A stretch of 64,000 nucleotides of DNA from an uncultured Candidatus Saccharibacteria bacterium. Lineage in GTDB: Bacteria > Patescibacteriota > WWE3 > CAZQFB01. Below, one piece after another: positions 28,914 through 38,976 of this stretch; the stretch's first letter is position 1; every line of letters begins with the position of its first letter. The notes below the pieces were generated by a model. That model had not been told where the DNA came from and made no database searches. It was given only the letters and a program-made list of their open reading frames with translations. Both the position numbers and the translations under genes were made by a program. Location: contig CAZQFB010000001.1 in the NCBI GenBank assembly GCA_964592525.1, forward strand, positions 279,299 to 343,298. The letters run 5' to 3'.

Positions 28914-30419
28914 ATGACAGCGGGCCTGCCCAAGCTAGCCTTTATTGTGCTAGCCGTGTTGGTGGTAGCTATTGTGCTACCGCTTGAATTGGGGGGGCAC
29001 GTTGTTTGGGCCTTCCCTCAAAGTGTGCGGGATCCGGAATGCTGGGAGGGGGTTTCCCCCACTAACCAGCAAATCGACCTACGCGTGTGTGTCTTTGACA
29101 CCTTTCAGGGGCCACCTAATGGTTCAGGTAATTGGTGGCGGGTGACAGAGCCAAGTGATCAGGTGACTGTCACGCTTGTCAGCTTTTTCCTCCAGGATTT
29201 GGTTTTGTACAATACCCTCACTTCGGAGGGTAGAGCAAGTATGGCTGGGCTGTCTGCCGGACCATACAAGCTGACCTTGGATTTCCCCAACACTTTGTTG
29301 GCTAAGTACACGTTTGATAGTGTGTACAAGCCACCAATCAGTGTTTACGGGGATGATCCAGTCGAAATCATCATTAACCACCCCGAAGAGGGAAGTGCCG
29401 TGACAGTGTGGTTGTATGCGGAAGGTAATCCCGCACCTACGGATACACCGGAAGGTGCGCCCACCGCCACAGACACACCCACGCGCACGCCCACGCCAAC
29501 GAGCACGCCAACGGCGTCTCGAACACCTACTCCCCAACCAACCTATGATGCCCCACTACAAGTGGGTCTGAATGGGCGGTTGTGGATAGAGAATCGGGAT
29601 GGAGTTCCTCCTTATGCTAGCGAGGAGCTTGACCACGAAGTGTGGCTCTATGTGGACGAGCCACCTCTGGGTGGCTCTAAGAAGTATACATGGACGGACT
29701 CAACCTTCCATGTGGGCGAGATTGTGGAAGGCGAGTGGTTCATGATCGGACTCCATGGGGTGTCGGCTTGGAATTGCGGCACCAATTGCTATGGTAAGCT
29801 CCGGTTTGAGGGGGGTCGGTGTGTGGTTGGCATTGCGGGTAATCCCAATGCCAATGACCACGATCTGTTCTACGGTGGGGGGGCGCGGTTGTGCTCCCAG
29901 GAGGCACCGGGGGTGTATGTTTTCCCCCTGACGCTCAAACCACTACCAACCCCCACGCCAACGAGGACGGCAACGGCGTCAGCCACGGCTACCAGTATCC
30001 CAACGGATACCCCGGTACCGACTGCTACGTCCCTACCGTCCGAGACTCCGGTACCGTCAAAGACGCCAACGCCATCAGCAACGTGGACGCCAGGGGGGCC
30101 AACGGCTACCCCAACCGCCACGCCTACGGTAACGTTGTTGCCTACGGATACTCCGGAGCCCACCGTCACCTTCCCGCCAGCAACTCCGGCGGGTATGGAG
30201 GTAACGGTTGGTGCTGGGTTATCTAGGAGAGTACCGCCGATGGTGGTGGCGGATGCTCTCGCCAACCCAGACGGTCAGCACGGCTGGGGTAGACTTTGCC
30301 AGCCGGGGGTTCCGCCCAGCCCTTTCAACACCGTGAGATCGGTGTTGTGTCTGCAAAACATGGGAAAACCCTACCATCCCATGTTCAACCCGCTCGTTTG
30401 GAAATGCGGGTGTCCCTAG
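28914..30419 (+). CDS. secreted hypothetical protein with two globular domains joined by Pro/Thr-rich (TPTPT) linkers; gene is strongly GC-enriched
   Basis: AAAGGAG RBS-like then ATG 28914; signal-peptide-like N-terminus; low-complexity PT linkers; G+C visibly far above flanks. Confidence 0.55.
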   Translation: MTAGLPKLAFIVLAVLVVAIVLPLELGGHVVWAFPQSVRDPECWEGVSPTNQQIDLRVCVFDTFQGPPNGSGNWWRVTEPSDQVTVTLVSFFLQDLVLYNTLTSEGRASMAGLSAGPYKLTLDFPNTLLAKYTFDSVYKPPISVYGDDPVEIIINHPEEGSAVTVWLYAEGNPAPTDTPEGAPTATDTPTRTPTPTSTPTASRTPTPQPTYDAPLQVGLNGRLWIENRDGVPPYASEELDHEVWLYVDEPPLGGSKKYTWTDSTFHVGEIVEGEWFMIGLHGVSAWNCGTNCYGKLRFEGGRCVVGIAGNPNANDHDLFYGGGARLCSQEAPGVYVFPLTLKPLPTPTPTRTATASATATSIPTDTPVPTATSLPSETPVPSKTPTPSATWTPGGPTATPTATPTVTLLPTDTPEPTVTFPPATPAGMEVTVGAGLSRRVPPMVVADALANPDGQHGWGRLCQPGVPPSPFNTVRSVLCLQNMGKPYHPMFNPLVWKCGCP

Positions 30420-30439
30420 GAAATAGGGAATCGCCAGAG

Positions 30440-30484
30440 CCCCCTTCCGAGAAGTTTTCGGGAGGGGGTTTTTCTGTTTTATTT
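30440..30484 (+). terminator. rho-independent terminator (GC-rich 11-bp stem CCCCCTTCCGA/TCGGGAGGGGG then T-tract)
   Basis: hairpin read directly, followed by TTTTTCTGTTTTATTT. Confidence 0.65.
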
Positions 30485-30533
30485 GATAATTTGTATCAGT
30501 TGATATAAAAAGATTGTCAGTGGGAGGAAAATA

Positions 30534-33131
30534 ATGAACCCAGAAAACTTTACCGAAAAAACAACTCAAGCTATCAATAACGCTTCTGAAAGCGCTTTAG
30601 CAAACAAAAACTCTATCATCGAAGTAGAGCATCTGATGCTGTCTCTTCTAGAGCAAGCGGATACAGCTGTTGTTCCAATGCTGCAAGCACTTTCTGTGGA
30701 TATTGATGGTTTTAAGGCAGACTTGCTAAGTGCTGTAGAAAGGTTCGCTAAGGTTGAAGATCTTAAACTTGAGCAGTTGCGGGTTTCTGCGGAATTAAGA
30801 AATGTTTTAACTAACGCCCAGAAGCAAGCAGCTAAGTTGGGTGATGACTATATCAGCACGGAGCATCTCCTGTTGGCGCTGGTAGCAGAAGGTGGTTCGG
30901 TGGCTACTCTTTTAAGTAAATATGGTGTAACTAGAGATAATTTAAGTGATAACATAGCTTCCGTGAGAGGTAACATGCACGTGCAAGATCGCAATCCCGA
31001 AAGTAAATATAACGTTTTAGAAAAATATGGCCAAAACCTCACTGTCTTGGCTCGTGAGGGCAAATTAGACCCGGTTATTGGTCGGGATGAGGAAGTACGT
31101 CGGGTAATGCAGGTTTTATCCCGCCGGACCAAGAATAACCCGGTCCTGATCGGTGAGCCGGGAGTAGGTAAAACCGCTATCGTGGAAGGTTTAGCACAAA
31201 GGATTATAGCTGGGGATGTTCCGGGTAGCCTAAAAAATAAAGATATTGTTTCTTTGCAGATTGGTTCACTTCTGGCGGGAGCCAAATTTAGAGGTGAATT
31301 TGAAGACCGTTTAAAGTCGGTTTTGAAAGAGGTAGAAGAAAGTGACGGTAAAATACTTCTCTTTGTTGATGAAATGCATACCATTGTGGGTGCGGGCGCT
31401 GCCGAAGGTGCGGTGGATGCAGCTAACATGTTAAAACCATTACTCGCTCGCGGTAAATTGCACATGATCGGAGCCACCACTCTAGATGAGTATCGGAAAC
31501 ATGTAGAGAAAGATGCCGCTCTGGAGAGACGCTTTCAGCCTGTTTTTGTAGGCGAACCCAGTATTGAGGACTCTATAGCAATATTACGTGGTTTAAAAGA
31601 GCGCTACGAGCTTCATCATGGCGTAAAAATAACCGATCCCGCTCTTGTTGCCGCAGTAGAATTATCTTCTCGTTATATTGCTGATCGGTTCCTGCCCGAT
31701 AAAGCGATTGATCTGATTGATGAAGCGACCTCATCTTTGAAGATGGAGATTGATAGTATGCCGGTAGAGCTTGATCGGATCAAACGTAAAATGCGTCGTT
31801 TAGAGGTGGACAAGCAGGCTTTGAAAAAGGAGAAAGACAAAGCTTCTAAGGAACGCTTACAGGAAATTGAGCAAGAGTTGGCTGATTTAGGAGAAAAATC
31901 TTCGGCTATGGAAAAGCAGTGGGAGAATGAAAAAGGTTTAATTCAGAAGAGTCAGGATCTTTCCGAGAAAGTAGACGAGCTAAAATTTGCTGAGGAACAA
32001 GCGGAGAGGGAAGGGGATTTTGAGAAAGCGGCTCAAATAAAACATGGCGATATTCCAAAACTGGAGCAAGAGATTGCTAAGGTTAAAGAAGCCTTAAATA
32101 AACTTGAGGTTAGTACTCGTTTATTAAGGGAGGAAGTGACCGAAGAAGATGTGGCTATGGTAGTAGCTCGTTGGACGGGAATTCCGGTGACCCGCTTGTT
32201 AGCCACAGAACAAGACAAATTGGTACATCTAGAGGCTGAATTAGGTCAAAGGGTTGTCGGTCAGGAAGAGGCAGTAGCGGCAGTTTCCCGCGCGGTCAGA
32301 CGCTCACGTGCCGGCATCGCTGCTAGTAATAAACCCTTAGGCAGCTTTATTTTCCTGGGACCTACGGGAGTTGGTAAAACAGAGCTTGCCAGAGCCTTAG
32401 CGGAGTTTTTGTTTAACGATGAAGAGGCTATGGTTCGGATTGATATGAGCGAATACGCGGAGAAGCATACGGTCGCTCGTTTGATTGGCGCTCCTCCGGG
32501 TTATATTGGTTATGATGAGGGCGGGCAGTTGACGGAAGCGGTCAGGAGAAGACCTTACACCGTGGTCTTATTTGATGAAATTGAAAAAGCAAACCCCGAT
32601 ATTTTTAATGTCTTACTGCAAGTTTTAGAGGATGGTCGTTTAACTGATGGTAAGGGGCGTACAGTGGATTTCCGCAACACCATTATTATTATGACCTCTA
32701 ATCTAGCTAGTGAATTAATTCAACAGTGGTCTTCTTCTGCGCAAGAAGCAACCGAGAAAAAACGTCATGACGAGGTAATGTCTGAAGTGAAAGCGCACTT
32801 TCGTCCAGAGTTTCTTAATCGGGTGGATCGGGTAATTATTTTTAAGCGTTTAAGTCGGGAGCAAATGCGCCAAATCGTGGATATCCAATTAGTAAATTTG
32901 ACAAAATTGCTTGCCACAAGACATTTAACACTAGAAGTTAGTGACCAAGCCAAAGAGCAATTAGCGCAGGATGGTTATGATGCGGTGTTTGGGGCACGTC
33001 CTTTAAGACGATTAATTGAAGAAAAAATTATAGATGAGCTCTCGCTTAAAGTAATTGAGGGCGAAATCAAGGAGCAAGATACGGTCAAAGTGACTATTGA
33101 TCAACACGGTAATTATCTTGTCAAGCGTTAA
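30534..33131 (+). CDS. clpB: ATP-dependent chaperone/disaggregase ClpB
   Basis: two AAA+ modules ([13 protein letters not shown]; [14 protein letters not shown]), long coiled-coil middle domain, N-domain; 865 aa. Confidence 0.9.
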   Translation: MNPENFTEKTTQAINNASESALANKNSIIEVEHLMLSLLEQADTAVVPMLQALSVDIDGFKADLLSAVERFAKVEDLKLEQLRVSAELRNVLTNAQKQAAKLGDDYISTEHLLLALVAEGGSVATLLSKYGVTRDNLSDNIASVRGNMHVQDRNPESKYNVLEKYGQNLTVLAREGKLDPVIGRDEEVRRVMQVLSRRTKNNPVLIGEPGVGKTAIVEGLAQRIIAGDVPGSLKNKDIVSLQIGSLLAGAKFRGEFEDRLKSVLKEVEESDGKILLFVDEMHTIVGAGAAEGAVDAANMLKPLLARGKLHMIGATTLDEYRKHVEKDAALERRFQPVFVGEPSIEDSIAILRGLKERYELHHGVKITDPALVAAVELSSRYIADRFLPDKAIDLIDEATSSLKMEIDSMPVELDRIKRKMRRLEVDKQALKKEKDKASKERLQEIEQELADLGEKSSAMEKQWENEKGLIQKSQDLSEKVDELKFAEEQAEREGDFEKAAQIKHGDIPKLEQEIAKVKEALNKLEVSTRLLREEVTEEDVAMVVARWTGIPVTRLLATEQDKLVHLEAELGQRVVGQEEAVAAVSRAVRRSRAGIAASNKPLGSFIFLGPTGVGKTELARALAEFLFNDEEAMVRIDMSEYAEKHTVARLIGAPPGYIGYDEGGQLTEAVRRRPYTVVLFDEIEKANPDIFNVLLQVLEDGRLTDGKGRTVDFRNTIIIMTSNLASELIQQWSSSAQEATEKKRHDEVMSEVKAHFRPEFLNRVDRVIIFKRLSREQMRQIVDIQLVNLTKLLATRHLTLEVSDQAKEQLAQDGYDAVFGARPLRRLIEEKIIDELSLKVIEGEIKEQDTVKVTIDQHGNYLVKR

Positions 33132-33262
33132 ATAAATTGGTTTCCTGGCATGATCTTTTAGACAGCAAATGACGTTGTTTCGTTTCGGTGGTGGTTTGTT
33201 GAGCAGCGGATGGATATGAACGGCAACCTTCTGCTTTCCTACCTGCACTGCTAAGCTTTCTG

Positions 33263-33333
33263 AGCGGAATACGGGAGTTGAACCCGTCTCTCTACCTTGG
33301 GAAGGTAGTGTTGAACCGCTCAACTAATTCCGC
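33263..33333 (-). tRNA. tRNA-Gly (anticodon CCC)
   Basis: manual fold on minus strand: GCGGAAT-TA-GTTGAGCGGTTCAAC-A-CTACC-TTCCCAA-GGTAG-AGAG-ACGGGTTCAACTCCCGT-ATTCCGC-T. Confidence 0.65.
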
Positions 33334-33339
33334 ATAGCT

Positions 33340-33386
33340 TCGGCAGGCGTGGGAAGCCGACGTTCTACCGACTGAACTACCGCTGC
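33340..33386 (-). pseudogene. truncated tRNA-Gly-like fragment (acceptor 5' strand + D-arm + CCC anticodon arm with a 4-nt insertion; no T-arm)
   Basis: minus strand GCAGCGGTAGTTCAGTCGGTAGAACGTCGGCTTCCCACGCCTGCCGA immediately 5' of tRNA-Gly. Confidence 0.3.
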
Positions 33387-33499
33387 TAAGTTGCGCAACA
33401 GTCAGTAACCCCTTTGTTTAGAGTAGGCGCATTGATGAGTATAAGCGCTTTATTGGTTATATATTCTAGCTCTAAATAACCTTCTTAACAAAGATTAAC

Positions 33500-33940
33500 T
33501 TATTGCCGCTGGTACAGACCGACCAAGACGGTTTCTGCCAGCACCCTATTTTTTATTTCTTTCTCTAACTCGTTTAAACTAGCTCCTGTATTCAGAGTAA
33601 GCATAGCATCTAAGGCGAATAATTTAAAAATATAACGGTGCTTTCCGGAAGGTGGGCAGGGTCCACCATAACCAGTCGTGCCAAAGTCTGTTTCACCAGC
33701 AACGGCACCTTCTGGAGTAGTATCTGGTGGTATTTGGGTGGTTGCGGGGTTGATGTTCCACAGCGTCCAGTGTAACCAAGTTTTAGCTGGAGCATCCGGG
33801 TCCTCCACGATTAACACCAGACTTTTAGCTTCCTTAGGGATATTTGAGAAAGTGAGCGGTGGGTTGATATTTTCACCATCACAAGTGTATTTGGCTGGGA
33901 TAGTGGTGTTGTTCTCAAAGGCAGCACTGCTGATGGTCAT
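33500..33940 (-). CDS. ybhB: YbhB/YbcL-family phosphatidylethanolamine-binding protein (PEBP)
   Basis: DPDAP...WLHW...NI and GPCPPSGKHRYIFKLFALD signature. Confidence 0.85.
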   Translation of the reverse strand: MTISSAAFENNTTIPAKYTCDGENINPPLTFSNIPKEAKSLVLIVEDPDAPAKTWLHWTLWNINPATTQIPPDTTPEGAVAGETDFGTTGYGGPCPPSGKHRYIFKLFALDAMLTLNTGASLNELEKEIKNRVLAETVLVGLYQRQ

Positions 33941-34065
33941 GTTATGTTGGGTTTCCTGGTGTTATTAACATTAGCCGTAAAGCCAATATTAATAATACTA
34001 AATATTTTACCTTAATCCGTAGCTCAAGAAGTATTTTAGTAGAGAGGATGATCTTTTTTATACTT

Positions 34066-34101
34066 GTTAAACCAAAAAGGTCACGCTTAAGCGTGACCTT
34101 T
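34066..34101 (-). terminator. bidirectional terminator: perfect 26-bp palindrome AAAGGTCACGCTTAAGCGTGACCTTT with flanking A/T tracts
   Basis: read directly; lies just downstream of the LysM gene on the minus strand. Confidence 0.55.
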
Positions 34102-34124
34102 GGCAATTTGTCGTCTTAATTAAG

Positions 34125-34676
34125 TTAGTTAGGCAAAACCAGCATCTGTCCAGGTTGAATTAACGCTTGCGTTCCGTCAGGTAAGAACTCCACGAGATCC
34201 TGATTCGCCTCTAATATTTTAGTCCATTCAAAACCACTGCCGTAGCGACCTTCGGCTAGTTCCCATAAGGTATCTCCCTCTTTAACCATAATTTTTTCTC
34301 CCTTGAGTGAGTTTGGTTCAATATCTGTTGGTATCCAACTGGCAACCTCAATACCAGCTTCTGGTCCCCCAAAGCCATATTCAGCATCTTTAATAGTGGA
34401 CGATCCGGCAATGCCGCCTTCAAGCTGAACTTCTTCTCCTTCAACGGTATTCACTTCCTTGTTGATAATATTTTCTTCCGCAACGTTTTTTAAATCTTCT
34501 TCTAATTGTTCAATCGGAAAATCTTGGTCAGCTGTTTGCGCGGCACGATCAGCAAAAAAATTGTAAGTAACAAAACCAGCCACAATTACTAAAATGCCGG
34601 TAATTAATATTGTGAGGCTATTACGGCTGACTTGTAAATCTTCAAACTCTTCAAATTTTTCTTCTGTTTTGGCCAT
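34125..34676 (-). CDS. LysM-domain peptidoglycan-binding protein (acidic N-region, TM, C-terminal LysM)
   Basis: C-terminal VKEGDTLWELAEGRYGSGFEWTKILEANQ...PGQMLVLP; ATG 34676 preceded by AAGGAGGA (the ORF track's GTG start at 34718 is probably too long). Confidence 0.75.
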   Translation of the reverse strand: MAKTEEKFEEFEDLQVSRNSLTILITGILVIVAGFVTYNFFADRAAQTADQDFPIEQLEEDLKNVAEENIINKEVNTVEGEEVQLEGGIAGSSTIKDAEYGFGGPEAGIEVASWIPTDIEPNSLKGEKIMVKEGDTLWELAEGRYGSGFEWTKILEANQDLVEFLPDGTQALIQPGQMLVLPN

Positions 34677-35285
34677 TACTTCCTCCTTGTTATGGCTAAT
34701 ATTAATAATAACTAGCACTAGGATAGGGCAGTAATCCAGAGCTTAATTATGTTGATATTGATACTATACCATTTGCTACAGGTATGCAATAGTTTGTATT
34801 GGTACAATGATACGTTAAATTATATTTGGGTATAGGTTGTATTATAGCCTTAACTGGCGTTTTTCTGATCTATTTTTGGCTTCGCTTAATAAGGTTCGTA
34901 ATTAAGTTCAAGCTACTTGTATGGTTACTTTCACCACAACGGCTGCTACTTATTAATAGTATCTTTTACTGCCACAAAAAATCTTGCGCGACACCATTAT
35001 TGTTGATAGTAGTGTGATACAAAACATGATTCCTTTCTTTGCTGTCTTTTGGCTTTACCTTTGTAGCAAAAGTCGGTCACTTACTTTGTTTTGTAAAATA
35101 ATCATGTCATCAGTATTTAATAATAATAGTCGGGATTTTCGTATGTCGGGTTTGTGGCATCTTATTTATTGAGGAAAGCTGATATCTATTATCAACTCTC
35201 GTCGGTATTGTCGTAGAGAGTAGCTGGCATGTTAATGCTTTGCGCTAGCAAGTAACAACAGTCATAAAAGGAGATAAATCTAATT

Positions 35286-35363
35286 TGGCGGGGTAGACGG
35301 GGCTCGAACCCGCGACCTCTCGCGTGACAGGCGAGTGCTCTAACCGAACTGAGCTACTACCCC
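35286..35363 (-). tRNA. tRNA-Asp (anticodon GTC), CCA encoded
   Basis: manual fold: GGGGTAG...CTCGC-CTGTCAC-GCGAG...GCGGGTTCGAGCCCCGT-CTACCCC-G-CCA. Confidence 0.85.
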
Positions 35364-35803
35364 ATAAGTTGCGGTCTTATTCTACACAGTTACAGTTTAA
35401 ATATCCAGTTGGTAATGCACATGTTCCTTTGATTAGTTTCTAGTTATAATAAAGACTACAAGATAACCATTAACAATCGTCGTTTATGCATCTTACGTAT
35501 CATTATAGTTTTGTTTAACCTTTAAATAAACGAGCTGTGTATTAATTGAGTAATATTTGCTGCTTTATCGTGGGCTAGAGTAAATAATTAGTCCAAATAT
35601 TAAACTGCCACTAATATAAACTAAGTAGAAACTCATAATTATTGTGTGGTACTTTTTTTATGGGGAAGTGTTGTTAGTAGATATTAGGATTACTAAGGCG
35701 GTACTATTTTGGAGTATGTGGTAGAGAGAATAATTGTTAAGAAGCTAATTTGAGAAAAAGCTGGCAGGTGTTAAACTTAAGTCAAGAACAGGAGGTGATT
35801 TTA

Positions 35804-36376
35804 ATGCCAATAATTGCTGTTTTAGGGTCGGGTTTATTATTAATTGTCGCATTCTTGATTGTTACCTATAATATGCTGATAAAGGCTAGAGTTAGAGTGG
35901 AGCAGTCTTGGAAGGATATTGATATTCAGCTTAAGAAAAGATACGATTTGTTGCCTGATTTGGTAGAGACAGCCAAGAAAGCAGCTGCTCTGGATGAAAA
36001 AATATTACTAGAGGTAACTAAATTAAGAAGTGCCGGAATGCAGGAGGCTGCTGAAGGTAAGTCCCCTGCGGAGCGATCAGGAATTGAGTCACAACTATCT
36101 GGTCTGTTAAAGGATATTAAAGTGCAAGTGGAAGCCTATCCTGATATTAAAGCTCATGGGGAGCTAAGTAAGCTGATGGATAATGTTACCGATATTGAGG
36201 AAAAAATTGCTTATGCTAGACAGTTTTACAACTCTAATGTTGGAGACTTTAATACTAAAATTAAGGTGTTTCCTGCTATGTTAATTGCGGGAATGCTTGG
36301 TTTTAGAGAGGCTGAATATTTTGAGGCGACGGAAATCGAACGCGAAGATATTAAAGTAGACTTATCCGAAAGCTAA
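35804..36376 (+). CDS. lemA: LemA family protein
   Basis: YNMLIKARVRVEQSWKDIDIQLKKRYDLLPDLVE block; AGGAGGTG RBS before ATG 35804 (ORF track start 35750 is TTG). Confidence 0.85.
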   Translation: MPIIAVLGSGLLLIVAFLIVTYNMLIKARVRVEQSWKDIDIQLKKRYDLLPDLVETAKKAAALDEKILLEVTKLRSAGMQEAAEGKSPAERSGIESQLSGLLKDIKVQVEAYPDIKAHGELSKLMDNVTDIEEKIAYARQFYNSNVGDFNTKIKVFPAMLIAGMLGFREAEYFEATEIEREDIKVDLSES

Positions 36377-36377
36377 A

Positions 36378-37253
36378 ATGACGATTTACAATCAGATTGA
36401 TAGTAATAAAAGGAAAACTTGGTTGTTACTATTTCTTGGTATTTTAGTGGTAACAGTTTTAGGTTATGTGTTTGGATATCTCTCGGGATATGGTTATCCG
36501 ATAACCTTAGCCGCTTTTTGTTACGCTGTTATTTCCGCTATTTCCTCTTACTATTTTTCCGATCGCGTAGCTCTGTCTTTATCTAAAGCTAAACCAGTTA
36601 CAGAAGCTGAAGAACCCTTACTTTACCACTTAGTGGAAAATTTATGTATCGGTGCGGGTATTCCGCTGCCAAAAATACACGTGATTGAAGACCAGGCTTT
36701 AAATGCTTTTGCGACTGGTCGGGACCCCGAACATGCTTCTATTGCTGTAACTAGAGGGTTATTAAATCATCTGGACAAACTTGAATTGGAGGGAGTTCTA
36801 GCGCATGAATTGTCCCACATAAAAAATTATGATATCCGCGTTATGACGGTGACCGTGATCTTAGTTGGCACGTTAGCCATTCTGGCGGATGTTTTTTTAC
36901 GCTCGCTGTTTTGGGGTAGTGGGAATAGAAGAAATCGTAATGGTGGCTTGTTTTTATTACTAGGACTACTCCTGGCTGTTATTGCGCCAATTACCGCCCA
37001 ATTAATTAAGTTGGCAGTGTCTCGCAAAAGGGAGTATCTGGCGGATGCTTCGGGTGCTTTAATCACTAGGTATCCGGCGGGATTAGCTGATGCTCTAGCC
37101 AAAATTGCCAACAGCCATACTGAATTAGCCACAGCTAATGCCGCTACTGCACATTTGTTTATAAATAACCCTTTGAAAAAGGATGCCTTCCACAGCTTAT
37201 TTGCCACACATCCACCCATTGCAGATCGTATCAGACTACTTAGAGAAATGTAA
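36378..37253 (+). CDS. htpX: M48-family zinc metalloprotease HtpX homologue
   Basis: HEXXH as LAHELSHIKNYD, 4 TM; classical lemA-htpX pair. Confidence 0.85.
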   Translation: MTIYNQIDSNKRKTWLLLFLGILVVTVLGYVFGYLSGYGYPITLAAFCYAVISAISSYYFSDRVALSLSKAKPVTEAEEPLLYHLVENLCIGAGIPLPKIHVIEDQALNAFATGRDPEHASIAVTRGLLNHLDKLELEGVLAHELSHIKNYDIRVMTVTVILVGTLAILADVFLRSLFWGSGNRRNRNGGLFLLLGLLLAVIAPITAQLIKLAVSRKREYLADASGALITRYPAGLADALAKIANSHTELATANAATAHLFINNPLKKDAFHSLFATHPPIADRIRLLREM

Positions 37254-37516
37254 TGAAACATGATGATTTTCAGCATTTATTGACGCTGTCTAGATTAGTT
37301 GGCAGTTCAAAATTATTGGCTGATCAGCTGGAAGATATTATTTGTTACTTGAACAAACTTAAAAACTTAGGAGAAATCCAATCAGCTTGGTCTCTACTGC
37401 AACCAGTGACCACCCTTCGTATTGATAAAGCTCGCCCAGAAACAATCTCCAGAGAGCAAATGACTCCTAATCTTAAGATGACACGGGGTTATTTCACCTC
37501 TCCTAAAGTACTTTAA
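37253..37516 (+). CDS. gatC: Asp/Glu-tRNA amidotransferase subunit C
   Basis: about 87 aa, HLLTLSRL...RID start and position before gatA. Confidence 0.7.
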   Translation: MKHDDFQHLLTLSRLVGSSKLLADQLEDIICYLNKLKNLGEIQSAWSLLQPVTTLRIDKARPETISREQMTPNLKMTRGYFTSPKVL

Positions 37517-37536
37517 TTGATAAATAACGCTTTAAC

Positions 37537-38976
37537 GTGTACGCTTTGGAAATGGAACTGTGTGATCAATCTTTAGCATTTTTATTGGCTCATCGGCAAG
37601 AAATATCTTCAACCGAGCTCTGCTCTTCCTGCTGGAAGAGGATAAAAAAATATAATCCTGCCCTTAATGCTTTTTTAACTACGGTCGAACCCTCAAAGCA
37701 GCAAACATTAATACCTCTGGCACACAAAGATGTTTTTGTCACTAAAGGATTAAGAACCACCGCTGGTTCTCTGCTGCTTAAGGACTGGAAACCTCCTTAT
37801 GATGCTACAGTAGTACGTCGTTTCCAAGAGGCTGGTTATGTTTGTTTAGGTAAAACCAATTGTGATGAATTTGCCCAGGGCTCTACTGGTCACCTTTCGG
37901 CTTATGGTTTATGTACTAATCCTTGGCACACTGATTATTTAAGTGGTGGTTCAAGTAGTGGGTCGGCAGTGGCGGTATCTGCGCGAATGGTGCCTTTAGC
38001 GACCGGTTCGGATACCGGTGGTTCAATTAGGGTACCAGCTTCGCTGTGTAATGTTGTTGGTATCAAACCCACCTATGGTAGAGTATCTCGTTATGGGGTT
38101 ATTGCCATGGCTTCTTCTTTGGATTGCCCTGGTGTTTTTGCCCGTTCAGTTAAAGATTGCAGTATCGCTTTAGAGGTTATTGCTGGTAATGACCCTCAAG
38201 ATGCAACCTCCTCAACCCAACCTGTGCCAAATTACACGATTGATTTAAATGTTGACCTTCACACTAAAACCATTGGTTTTCCGCAAGAGTACTTCACTTC
38301 AGAAACAGACACACAGGTTAAAAGCCTGGTGCTTCAGGCTTTAAGTTGGTATGAAAAACAAGGAGTGTCAATAGTAGAAATTTCTTTGCCACATAGCTCG
38401 TATGCCGTAGCTGCTTATTATGTCCTTGTACCGGCTGAAGTTAGTTCTAATATGTCTCGCTTTGATGGGATTCAATATGGCGGTTTGGCACATGATGCTA
38501 GCCAAGACTTAAACGCTTATTATTCTATGGTGCGCAGCCAGTTGCTGGGTGAGGAAGTTAAAAGGCGTATCCTGACGGGCACTTTTTGTCTTTCGGAAGG
38601 TTATCAGGATCAATATTATAAGCAAGCACAAAAGGTCAGGGGTTTAATAGCCCAAGAGTTTCAAGAAGCATTTACCCAAGTGGATGCTATTTTAGCGCCA
38701 GTTCTGCCCATGGTGGGTTTAAGCAAAAAGTCTTTAGCGGCTGATCCCTTGACTTTCTATCTAGCCGATACTCTAACCATTCCCAGTAGTTTGGCTGGTT
38801 TACCAGCACTAGCGTTGCCTTGTGGGTTTTCTAATGATAACCTCCCTATTGGCATGCAACTAATCGGTGCGCCTTTTTCGGAACAGTTGCTGTTTCAAAT
38901 GGGTTATGCTTACCAGGAGGATACGGATTGGCACCAGCGCAAGCCACCACTAATAGATCATGACGGAAATAACTAA
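37537..38976 (+). CDS. gatA: Asp/Glu-tRNA amidotransferase subunit A (amidase signature)
   Basis: GGSSSGSAVAVSA amidase signature, Ser-cisSer-Lys context; start is GTG 37537 or ATG 37552. Confidence 0.9.
   Translation: MYALEMELCDQSLAFLLAHRQEISSTELCSSCWKRIKKYNPALNAFLTTVEPSKQQTLIPLAHKDVFVTKGLRTTAGSLLLKDWKPPYDATVVRRFQEAGYVCLGKTNCDEFAQGSTGHLSAYGLCTNPWHTDYLSGGSSSGSAVAVSARMVPLATGSDTGGSIRVPASLCNVVGIKPTYGRVSRYGVIAMASSLDCPGVFARSVKDCSIALEVIAGNDPQDATSSTQPVPNYTIDLNVDLHTKTIGFPQEYFTSETDTQVKSLVLQALSWYEKQGVSIVEISLPHSSYAVAAYYVLVPAEVSSNMSRFDGIQYGGLAHDASQDLNAYYSMVRSQLLGEEVKRRILTGTFCLSEGYQDQYYKQAQKVRGLIAQEFQEAFTQVDAILAPVLPMVGLSKKSLAADPLTFYLADTLTIPSSLAGLPALALPCGFSNDNLPIGMQLIGAPFSEQLLFQMGYAYQEDTDWHQRKPPLIDHDGNN

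Noticed and set aside
33012-33323. 103-aa minus-strand ORF
   Set aside because: Overlaps tRNA-Gly and the ClpB 3' end; no RBS. The tRNA explains the sequence.
35750-35803. TTG-initiated N-terminal extension of lemA
   Set aside because: AGGAGGTG sits immediately before the ATG at 35804, and the LemA family starts near its TM helix.
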